Part shown: positions 53,201-64,000 of the stretch, one piece after another
How positions within the stretch are numbered: position 1 is the first letter of the stretch
Layout of the letters: every line of letters starts with the position of its first letter
NCBI GenBank assembly: GCA_964016885.1
Contig: OZ024746.1
Coordinates: forward strand, 40,300,001 to 40,364,000
From: Eledone cirrhosa
Lineage: Eukaryota
DNA length: 64,000 nucleotides
Direction: 5' to 3'
Translations under genes and position numbers: made by a program
Notes under the pieces: generated by a model
What the model saw: only the letters and a program-made list of their open reading frames with translations
The model's database searches: none
What the model was told of the DNA's origin: nothing

Positions 53201-54409
53201 GTTAGTCTTAGCAATTTTCTGTCTTTTTGTTTTATATTTCTAAATTAAAATCATTCATTGGTTTTGAATTCATAGCGAGAGCCTGTTTGGATTGCCCCAA
53301 ATGTTTGCTTCCTCGGTATTAGTAATATAAGGTTGTTACTTTTATTGTATGGTATCTCTGCATATTGTAAAAGGCAACTAAAAGCGTTGGTGCCAGGAAG
53401 GGCACCAGGCTGTAAAACATGGCCTCAAAAAGGACCCTATGATGAGTATGAAACCTGTCATGTGGCCTGCAAGACTAACCTCTGCTTTATGAAAGAAAAT
53501 GGCCTTGAGATGCTTGGTTGGAAGTCTTATGCAAACAATTAATTCTGAAAGCAGAGGCTATAGTAGTAGTGATAGAAAAAGCATGACGAAACAGAGCTTC
53601 GGTGAGCTGACTGTAGTATAATGCTTGGAGAGAAATGGAGTTCATGAGACTGATGTACTCTTCATCCATTACATGAAATCAATGTCTTTGGTGTTTAACC
53701 AATGATCCATTATGGCTGACAAGACATTTATAATGTTACTGGAAGATATTATAGTATCATCACTATTATTCCTCCAGACCCATTTCAGCTTTCATAATCA
53801 ATTCTGGTTGAGAGATTAACCCTGTTTATCATTTGAATCCCTAAATGGAATTTGAACTCAGAATTCAAAGGCACCAGAACAGATGCCACAATGCATTTTG
53901 TCCAGCTCTTTAACAATTCTGCTGATCCACTATCCTTAGCTGGTATATTGTTTATCAATCTTGAAAAGATGAAAGCAAAGTTCACCTTACCTCAGAGGAA
54001 TTTCAACTCATAATGCAGGGATTCAGGACAAATAAAAAAATGGCATTCTATCCAATTCTTTAACAAGTTTTCCAATTCACCACCTTCATCGTGTACTAGA
54101 ATGTAGATTTTCAAAGCATCAAGTTTTTGAGAAGCCTTTCTTGTTCTGCATAGGATTCCAGTCCATTGCAGGCTTTACATCTAGGATGATTTGAACCTAA
54201 GATTTCAAGCTATCAAAACAACAAAACATTACTTCACTGCTTTCCCTGTTTACACTAATGAAATCTACCTCGCTATAGCACCAATCTAAATTTAGTTACA
54301 CTTGCCAATAAATATAGTATTTACTGACAAACATTCTACATATGAATACCCTCCATAAAGCATCTACCATACTCTGAATGCCTTACTTCCCTGGGCATGG
54401 ATACATTAA

Positions 54410-54800
54410 AGCTCTGACATCTGGCAACTGACTTGGTAAACACCCACAAAATTATTAACAATCTTGCCAACAACAACCCTGAGTACCTTTTCGAATTCCA
54501 TGTATCTAGCAACCATTGGCATGCCTACAAAGTTAGAAAACAGCACAACTCCCATGACTTTCCATTGGTTGTTAGTTAACGGGACACTGCATCCTTCAAA
54601 ACTTCCATGCTTCCCAAAATTCGCCAACACTACATCTGATATTCCCCCTCCATACACATGCACACATGTATCTGTATGTATATCATGACTCATACACTGT
54701 TCACTTTCCTGATATTTGTACATTATTCTATGTACTGTACATGCACCTTTAATGAGTTGTAGTGCACCTGAACACTACACAATAATTTTCATTATTATTT
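54410..54800 (+). mobile_element. LINE-type 3'-end repeat with an (ATT)n tail (second copy 14593-14900)
   Basis: The two copies share GGGACACTGCATC...GCACC.AGCACT...CAATAATTTCATTATTA. Confidence 0.6.
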
Positions 54801-55224
54801 TATTTAAAATAAGCACATCTGTGATTAAACATTAAAATATATTACTAGCATTTAACCCATTTTATACCAAATTGCCTGATCCCACCCCTGGTTGGTTCAT
54901 TGATACTAAGTTGTTTATGCATGAACTACACCCACACTGTACACGTTAACCTTTTTGATACCAACCCACCCGGAACTACTTTTATTAAACAAAACTGTTT
55001 GTTTTAAAGTGCTTATATCTATCTAAAAAAAATTCCATCATAATTTTATGTAAGAACCTTTGTTAAGTTATACTCCAAACATAACCTTAATAATGCAAAA
55101 GTTAGTTATAATATTAAACCCTATTATTAAAAAAATTATTTCATTAGAAATATGGAAATGAAAGTGTTAATTTTTTTTCTTCTTTTGTCCAGTAATCTAA
55201 TTTTATCTATGTTGTATACTTTAG

Positions 55225-55434
55225 AGAAAACGACGGTCATGGGAGATGACAGTACTGTAAGGGTAATGCAGGACCCAGAACCAGACAGTGAAAAAGAGGC
55301 TGGAATTATGTTAGAGAACATTGAAATATTTAATGATATGCTTGAGAATCTACTTTACTCTGAAGCTGCCATGCATGCTGCCATCAGCCCAAAAGGCATT
55401 TTACGTACAATGGATACACTCCTGAGATTTAAAA
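55225..55434 (+). CDS. CLHC1: CLHC1 exon (EKEAGIMLENIEIFNDML...AAISPKGILRTMDTLLRFK), clathrin linker-like
   Basis: The AAxSPKGILRT motif is shared with the clathrin heavy-chain linker and CLHC1. 210 nt. Confidence 0.92.
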
Positions 55435-55464
55435 GTATGTTGAATGATTTCCTGCCTTTAACAT

Positions 55465-57100
55465 ATCATCATCATTTTACGTCCGCTTTTCCCTGCTTGC
55501 AAGGGTGGGACGGGTCTTATTCAGCACAGCATCTCTCCACTTGTCACGGTCCCTCGTCATCTCCACCGTGAGCTTCAATGATCTGAGGTCTGTTCTCACC
55601 ACCTCCGCCCATGTTTTTCGTGGTCTACCTCTACCTCGTGGTCTACCTTCCTTCAACTGGCAATTCCTGGCACTTCTTCACCCATCGGTCATCCTCCATG
55701 CGCATCACATGTCCAAACCACCTCAGTCTCCTCTCCCGTACACTACATTCTATCCCTCTCAGACACAGTTTCTCTCCCAACACATTTATGCTGGGTCGTT
55801 CATGCACATTTACACTGCACATCCAACGGAGCATGCTTGCCTCATTTCTCTACAGCCGTCGCATATCTTCTGCAGTTGCTGCCCATGTCTCACTACCATG
55901 CAGCATCGCGCTCCTCACACAGGCATCATACAACCGGCCTTTCGTACGCAGGGAGAAACCCTTCTTCGTCAACAGAGGAAGCAGCTCCCTAAACTTCTTC
56001 CAACCCGTCCTTATTCTAGATACTATGGCCTCGGAACACCCTCCTCCCATGCTAATCTGATCTCCTAGGTACCGGAAGCTATCCACCACTTCTATAGCGC
56101 CCTCCTGCATTTGAAAAATGTGTCTATCAATGCGACTTCTACTGTCTAATTTCCCTGTACATCTACTGCATACATATTTCTCCCTACCTGTTAGTTTGCC
56201 TGCTATCCCGCTACATCTCTTGTGTACCCAGAATCTACATTGTGTGCATTTTATAGAATTTATGCCAGTACCTTTTCTGCATATCGAACATGGCCATTTC
56301 CCTGACGGAATCAGGGTTTTGTCCTCGTTTCTACTCATCAACACTTTTGTCTTAGCTAGATTCACTCTCAGTCCTCTTGCTTCCAACTGCTGTTTCCATA
56401 GCCAGAATTTATTCTCTAGCTCCTCTACTGATTCTGCTATAAGAACCAGATCGTCAGCATAGAGAAGTTCCCATGGACAGCCAGTCTTAAACTCCTCTGT
56501 TATGGCTTGGAGGACTATAATGAACAAGAGCGGACTGAGGACCGAACCCTGATGTACTCCTACTTGTATCTGGAATTCCTCACTAAACTCCATTCCTACC
56601 CTGACTTTACTGAGAGTACCTCTGTACAAAGTTTGCACTGTCCTCACAAGCCATTCCTCAACACCCAGCTTCCTTAGGGACCACCAGATGACAGATCCGG
56701 GTACCCTATCAAAGGCCTTCTCTAGGTCAACAAAGGCTAAGTATAGTGGCTTATTCTTCTCTAAGAACCTCTCTTGCAATTGTCTCACCAAGAAGAGGGC
56801 ATCTGTTGTACTCTTCCCAGGCACAAAACCAAACTGCATCTCATCTAGTTTGACCCTTTCTCTAATTAGTTGTGCTAAAATCCTTTCTGCCACTTTCATA
56901 ACCTGATCTATCAGTTTTATACCCCTATAATTGCTCCTCTCCAAAGCATCCCCTTTACCCTTGTAGCAATTTATGAGAATACTGCTGCACCAGTCTTTGG
57001 ATATGACACCACCATATATAGCCTGATTGATGATGCTTGCAACCAGTTTAGTGCCTACGTCCCCTGATGCCTTCAGCATCTCAGCAACTATTCCCGATAT
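55465..57100 (-). mobile_element. 5'-truncated RTE-clade LINE (RT plus Cys/His finger), young but disabled
   Basis: ORF 55850..57178 with KGKGD..NYRGIKL, QFGF, AFVDLEKAFD, GVHQGSVLSPLLF and YADD. TAG at 55850 and a lesion near 55643. Ends in an (ATG)n tail. Confidence 0.95.
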
Positions 57101-57464
57101 ATAATTAGTGAAAATGACTGAGACTAAATGCACGATGTTTTTCTTTTTTACTTTTGTCCCGCATAGTTTCAGTTTCAATCCTGTCTGTTATCCATCATTT
57201 TTATCATCATCATTGTCATCATTCTTTTCTTCTTCGCCCACTTATTCCTGAAAGGTTCATGGGGGTAGAATTCTCAAACACTCTTCTACCAGGTCCTATC
57301 AGAAGCAACCGTTTCCAACTGATGCAGCTGGATCCCTAACCAATACCAGCCAAGCTCGTGAATGTTATCCAATCATCTTGCTCAGAGCTTACTTCTGGGT
57401 CTCCTGCCAGTTGGTTTTGCCTGTAAAATCTGTCCAGCAATTCTTTCCTGAGATATTTGGCCAC

Positions 57465-57837
57465 ATATCATTATTTTTTCATCATAATTATCATCATTGT
57501 CCTCACCATAATTATCATCATTGACCTGATCATCATCATTGTCATCATCACCATCATAATTATTATCATTGTCATCATCATCATCATCATCATAATCATC
57601 ATCATTGTCATCATCATCATCATCATCATCATTGTCATTGTCATCATAATTATCATCATTGTCCTTACAATTATTGTCATCATCATCATGATTATAATTA
57701 TTGTCATCACCATCATCATGATCATAATTATCGTCATTTTCATCACAATTATCGTCATTGTCCTCATCATAATTATTGTCATTGCCATCATCATAATTAT
57801 CCTCACTGTTATCATTATCGTCATCATTGTCATAATA
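57465..57837. repeat. Degenerate (ATC/ATT/GTC)n trinucleotide tract
   Basis: Produces spurious poly-D, poly-I and poly-M ORFs. Confidence 0.95.
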
Positions 57838-59113
57838 AACAATAGTGTGTGGTAAGTGGTAACATATGGGCTTCATGGCCTATGTGAGAGGTCATTAGCT
57901 CTGCTTAAGTATTACTTTAGGGACTTAGTAAAATCAGCTAAATATTTACCTTGAATATAAGCAACCCCCACCCCCATTTTACCATTGATTTTTTTTTTAG
58001 TCATATATTTCTTAGCTTATATGCAAGTATATACTGTATATATGTTTTTCATAAAAGGAAGGTGTCATCATTGGCAGTATCGGTAGAGGGTCGGTCACCA
58101 TGCTTTGCAGCACAGTTACGTCCCTTTACGGACTGAGTTCAAATCCCGCCGAGGTTAACGTTACCTTTCATCCTTACGGGGTCGATAAAATAAAGTACCA
58201 GTAATGTACTGGATAATTTGCTGGCCTTGTGCCAAAAGTAGAAACAATTATTTTACATCAGCTTTTCATGCTGACATGGTTTGGATGGGTTGTCAGGACC
58301 TGATACTAGACGAATAAGCAAGATCTCACCTTGCTCGTCTGTGCCATATTTGGAACAGTTTATATAGCTGGATGCCTTTCCTCACACCACCCTCCTTACA
58401 GAGTGTACTGGGAGCATTTTATTGTGGCACAAGCACTTTTGAGAGCGTCATATTTTCAGTCAAACTGCTGAGTACTTTTTACTCTGTTGTCTCCGATTGC
58501 AAACTACTTTACAGAGTCTACTGGGTGCATTTTATCATGGCACCAGCACTAACACGCATGTGACTACATACTGCTATAAGTACATTTGTTTTGTAAAATT
58601 GAATCCTATTTAAGCAGTTGTTTTAGTTATCAACATATATTTGTTTACAATGTTGCTGTTCATATAGACTGAATAGTGTCAAGACCAACCTGCTATACAT
58701 ATACAACCATTTGCCAGTCTATGTGTGCTGCAAATTTCAAACCTAGAGTAAGTTACATAAATTGCATGTGGTTGTTTTGTATCAGAGGCTTTTTTGGGGG
58801 GTTTTTTAGTGAAAAACTACAACTTATCTTCAGGTATATATGATAGTTGATATTAAGATATATGTAACCATGTAGATATGTCTTAGCAACAGAAAAATAA
58901 ATTTTTGCTATAGTATTACTATTGAAAATAACTACCACAGCCAGCAGTTATTATCTGTTTCATATTTAATTTTTTTTTCATTTTCATATTAATCTTTCTC
59001 ATTTATTTTAAAGTTAAAGAAACCCCAACCAAAATTAACAGTATTTCACTTCTTTGAATATTTTTGCTTATACAAGTATTTAAAATCAAGGTTTTTTTTT
59101 TTTATTTTCACAG

Positions 59114-59291
59114 ATTTGAAGAACATTTATGCCGATCAACCTTCACCATGCTTTATCTTCTGTAAAGCTTTACTATCAACAGTGGAAGATGAGAGGCAAA
59201 AGCCAGATAAAGAGCTCTCTCTAGAATGTGTGCTTTGTGCTTTAAAAGAAAGAGAGTTTCAACTGCTGTTCTATTGGTTATCTCAAAAAAA
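59114..59291 (+). CDS. CLHC1: CLHC1 exon (PSPCFIFCKALL...LSLECVLCALKEREFQLLFYWLSQK)
   Basis: TTTTCACAG acceptor, GTTAGT donor. Resembles [25 protein letters not shown]. Confidence 0.88.
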
Positions 59292-59915
59292 GTTAGTTTT
59301 AAACTATATATTCCTTTGTTATTGATTTCAAGCCTAATTTTATCATGTTTTGTATTTTTCATGAGTATAAAGTTTAAAATTCTAATTTTGAGATACAAAT
59401 GCATATAAGAGCATGCTGTAGTTTGATTGAAGCATTATGTAAAGAGTAGAAAAGGGTTTGTTTTATTAGAAGGCTACAGCAATGCAAATGGGACTTTAAA
59501 TGTTATTATTATTTTTAAAATTTAAAGGGCAGTGGAATGGCAGTATCTGTAGAGAGTTGGACGCCATGCTTTGCAGCACAGTTACGTCCCTTTACGGACA
59601 GTTCAAATCCCGCCAAGGTTAACTTTGCCTTTCATCCTTACCGGGTCAATAAAATAAAGTACCAGTAATACACTGGAATAATTGCTGGCCTTGTGCCAAA
59701 AGTAGAAACAATTATTTAAAAAATTTAATGTCCTTTCTAATGCCAACCACTTCATGGTGTATACTGGGTTCATTTTCTCATGGCACCACCATCACTTGAC
59801 AGGGTGCACTGGGTGCTTTTTTTTAATGATCCCATCACTTCCACATTCCAATGTGGGCTGAGTGTTGAGTGCAATTTATTGTGATACCAATACTACTATA
59901 ATATTATGTATGAAG

Positions 59916-60932
59916 TACACATACAAGATTCTGAGACTTTTATCAGAGAGACATTTATTAAACTCAGATCAACACAAAACTCTGGTAGCATCCTCCAACT
60001 TCAATGCATTTGTTTTAGCACTCCAGTCACTTCTGGAAGGCCTCCTTATAGTCCTCCAAAGTGAAGCTGTTAAGGTCGCTTGACACAGCCTCCTTCATCT
60101 CCTCCACATCCTCCTTCATCTCCTCCACATCCTCCTTCATCTCCTCCACATCCTCAAAATGGATACCCCTGAGCTTCACCTTCAGATTTGGGAACATCCA
60201 GAAGTGGATGTAGACTATGCCCTTGCTTTGCCTGGCCTTCTTAGGTCTTAGGGGGTCAGAATGTTTCCACTGGACACTGTCTTGTTGTCTCTGGATTATA
60301 ACAGTAGACCCAGCTCTCATCACAAGTTACCAGAGACTCAAGGACATTTGGATTGAAAGTGATCCTCTTGACCATCTCCCTGTTGTCATCAATGTTGTGC
60401 CTCTGCATTTGATCTTCATTGAGCATCCTGGTAACAAACTTTGTGCATGTTCAGAATATCATGAATGACTGTGCACAGTGCCTTCAGCTGCTTCAAATTG
60501 TTTAGCAATTATCAGAAGAAATGCACGATGCTCCTTGTCCAGAAATTTGTGAATTTTGTTGACCAACTTTGGCCTCCTGATGTCTTTCTCCCTGCCACAC
60601 CTCTTGTCATCCCTCACCTACTCCCTCCCTTCCTGGAACCTCTTGTGCCAGCAGAAATCAGTCACCTGGCAGTTTTGACTATTTCATAGGTTTCTGCAGC
60701 CTTTTTGCTGAGCTTGACACAAAATTTATTGCTTATTAAGCCTCCAACTTGTCCTCACGTCCCGACTGCAACCAGTCAGCTGTGACAAGACGTGTATGAC
60801 GGGTAGTGTTTAAAGTGCTGTAGCAGTCTGAACCTTCAACCTGGAAAAAGAAAAGATTTTTCATGTTAGCTTATAACCATAGGTCAGTTAAAATTTCCTG
60901 ACAAGAAAAAGCCTCAAAACTTCTTGAGTGTA
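59916..60932 (-). mobile_element. Decayed mariner transposon with internal deletion
   Basis: QWKHSDPLRPKKARQSK...FWMFPNLKVKLRGIHFEDVEEMKE. Degenerate TIRs start TACAC...TGAGRCTTTT. A 21-bp unit is triplicated at about 60089-60152. Confidence 0.8.
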
Positions 60933-61913
60933 CCTCATACTTATATGCTTCTTTCTACAACACTGAACAATTACTGGTTGTTTTGTTAGAGATAATACTT
61001 TTTTTTTGTATTTACAATGTTTTTCACTAATTACATTTTAGTTTTTGTAGTATGAGCTGGACAATTAGCTATTTTAATCTTGTTTATTTCAGATATAAGT
61101 CAAAATGAACTAAAAACATATCTGGACTTGCCTAAAAAATTATGAGAGGGAGCCTCCAGAGCTCCAAGTTGTGGTGTATGATTGAGTGTGTGGGTCCTCT
61201 TCCTCTGCCTTTTTTCTTCCTTATTATTCCTTTCCTTTTTTTCTTCCTTATTACCCCCCCCCCCCTTTAGTACTGTATATATCTGCATAATCTTATATAT
61301 AAATTATTGCCGACATTTTTAGTTTCGTGAGAGAAATAGTTTTAGTATAGCCAGTACAGTCAGTTGTAAATAAGTATTTGTGCATATTTTAAGTAAAATA
61401 AATTGCTTTCTGAATTCTATTTTAATGACTTGATTTCTTTATGGACTGTATAAACATTTTAACAATGTCATCTGTCAAAACAATATGACAATAAGTGCCC
61501 AATTCACACCTTAAGGTAGTTGTTGGTGTCGCAACAAAAATCGCTGTCCACTCTATAAAGTGGTCATTTTGGTATCTCAATAAAAAGCACCCAGTCCATG
61601 CTGTAAATGTGGTTGGCATTAAGAAGGGCATCCAACTGTAGAAACCAGACCAGAAACAGTTTTGTATGAACAAGACACAGTCAACTGCTCTGACTTGTCT
61701 CACAAAGAGATAACTCGTCTAACCCATGCTAGCGTGGAAAAATGGGCATTAAATGGTGATGATGATGCTGGTTACATACTGTAAATGAAAGAGGCTGTTG
61801 TAAAGTCTGACTTTGTCAACTTGGGATCTGTTGTTCATTACCTTAGTATCACACATACAATGATTCTAATTTAACACTACTAATTTGTTATTTTGTTTTT
61901 TTTATCTTTGCAG

Positions 61914-62302
61914 ATTAACAATCACAAAAGATGTGGCTGATTTGATTCAAAATTATTGCAAATGCCCTTTTGTCTGTACATGTAGATGTCTTTCATTAGC
62001 TGAATATATTTACACACAGCTGGGTTTACATAAAGAGGCTGCTTTTACATTGTTGAAACAAAACCGCATTGCTTATGGTTTACACTATGCCCAAACTCTG
62101 ACTGAATTTGAAACTAGTGATTATGAGGCTGCTTTCAGGGCCTGCCCAACTCTTCAACTTGCAAGCTCATTGCTATTGAATGTTGATTCACAAAGAAAAA
62201 CTATTAAACCCTTGCTAAGTTTAAATAGAGTTTTCACATTCTTAATAGAAATGGATAACATCCACATTTTGAAAAAGCTTTGGAAAAAAGTTACAAATAC
62301 AG
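61914..62302 (+). CDS. CLHC1: CLHC1 exon (LTITKDVADLIQNY...CLSLAEYIYTQLGLHKEAAFTLLKQ...); gene continues beyond
   Basis: TTTGCAG acceptor, GTTAGT donor, 389 nt. Resembles [25 protein letters not shown]. Confidence 0.9.
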
Positions 62303-64000
62303 GTTAGTATGAATATATCTACATTTAGTTGTGTCAAGAGAATGACAACCTCCTTAGTGCCAGTTCCATGATAAAATGCACTCAGTACACTCTTTAAAGT
62401 GTAGGAACATATGTGAGGTGCCACCTGTGAGGAGAGTAGCTCTGATTAAGTCTTGATTTGGTCTGTGATAACCCGTCCAACTAATTATATTCAGTAAGCA
62501 CTTTTGAACGAGATGTGAGCTGAGTCCATGAGTTTTGGTTTCTAGTTGAAATTTATTCATTTCATTAGTGTTGCTAATGTCCTTGAAAAATTTAAGGATT
62601 TCTCACAATCTGAAATGTTTTCCCTGTAAATCTGTAACTGCTTAGATAAAACATGTTACTATTATTGTTGTTACTGGTGATGATGTGGCAAGGAGATGTA
62701 GCTAAGTGATAAAGTAATCGCTTTATATACTAAAGATTTTAGGTTCAATACCTAGCATTTTCAAAAACTATTTCATATGTCTGTGATGGATCAAGTGTTT
62801 TTTTAACATCTATTCTTAATAGTATGACTGTACACACACACACACAGTGAGTGCACATCGCCTCCACACACACTTATATATGCATGCAAATATATATGTT
62901 AAATTTATATCTGTTCATATTCAGTACAGAGTTAGCCAAGATATGTGGTAGGGGAAAGGTTGTCAATTTTCTGGAAGTTGAAGCTATATTTTTTCACAAC
63001 ATAAAATTTCACTCTGGGTGATGTCTAGGAAGAAACTCAGATTAGCAAAGAATTGATGATTCAACTTCCGACAAATGAATAAATAAAGCCCACATAGTTT
63101 AAGCACTCTCTTCCTCTTTGTTTTAACTCTCCAATATATCTACACAGACAGACATGCAGAGAGAGAGGTTTGGTTAAACAAATTATTTGAGTTTAAAACA
63201 TCAAATGTTGCACCATTTGTATTCTTAAAAGGTATACCTGGTTCATATAAGAAAAGTGTTCCTATGCTATGAGGAAAAGGTTGACTAAACTTTCAGTCAC
63301 ACAATCGAGAAGTTAACTTTTTCATTACCATATTTTTAACAAAAGGATACTACCAATGATTTTGAAAATAATCAAGAATTTGAAGGAATTTAAATCGGCC
63401 ATATCCGGCCTGAATTCCCTCACCTTTTTCTGTTCAAACCAGCCTCTCATACTGATGTTAAGGTATTGTTCTCAAAATGAATAATATCAAAATCTCATAA
63501 ATTTGATATTATGTGAGATAGTGTTTTCCGTGAAAATACAATAGTAAATATAGAGTAATGTAAATGCTAAAGGGTTAATAATATTACTGACTTCATTTTT
63601 ATTAAGTTGGAGTTTGGAACATAAAATTATGATAGGTTTTTAATATAACCACCACATTACGAATATACATTTTGTTAGCACTCTGGGACATGTTTGCTTG
63701 ATATATGTTCAAACCATATCTTATTGAGTTAGTAATCGGGATTATAGCGAAAATACTTCCTATAACCTCGTCAATATATAATTACTTTGAAATAAAATAG
63801 TTTATGATCGTAGATTAAGGGTTGGTTTCAGATGGTTTGGTATCAAAAGTGTTAAAAGTATGACAGATTTGAATCACTTTGCTATCAGCCTTCTCATATG
63901 AGGTGAATTAGCAGAGTTGTTAGAATGACAGATAGAATGTTTTTCAGTATTCATTCTGGCTCGCTGTACTCTGAGTTCAATTTTGCCTTTATCCTTTCAA

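Noticed and set aside
57382-57876. Poly-Asp, poly-Ile and poly-Met ORFs
   Set aside because: Translations of a degenerate (ATC)n tract adjoining a LINE fragment in a CLHC1 intron.

Overview
AT-rich, intron- and repeat-rich animal genomic DNA. The SINE, LINE and microsatellite landscape looks like a coleoid cephalopod (octopus-like), which is an inference. Three spliced genes were rebuilt by hand from GT-AG boundaries and frame continuity. (1) The 5' part of ZC3H14/Nab2 on the minus strand: ATG at 13637, 9 exons, running off the left edge. (2) A complete PSMC4/Rpt3 on the minus strand: 9 coding exons, 39421 to 18131, 418 aa. (3) The 5' part of CLHC1 on the plus strand: 7 coding exons, 45468-62302, head-to-head with PSMC4. 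Introns hold tRNA-derived SINEs, RTE LINEs and their 3'-tail derivatives, TTAA-flanked piggyBac-type MITEs, a mariner relic, a Helitron-like element and two Penelope-like (GIY-YIG) retroelements. The most striking signal the ORF track misses is a set of about 10 minimal type I hammerhead ribozyme motifs (intact to decayed) from at least 5 unrelated repeat families, all close to (TA)n tracts. It includes a ~420-bp retrozyme-like tandem unit arranged as an inverted array and fused to a young Penelope-like element inside PSMC4 intron 2. All homology calls are from memory of the families and all folds were paired by eye; no search or folding program was run.
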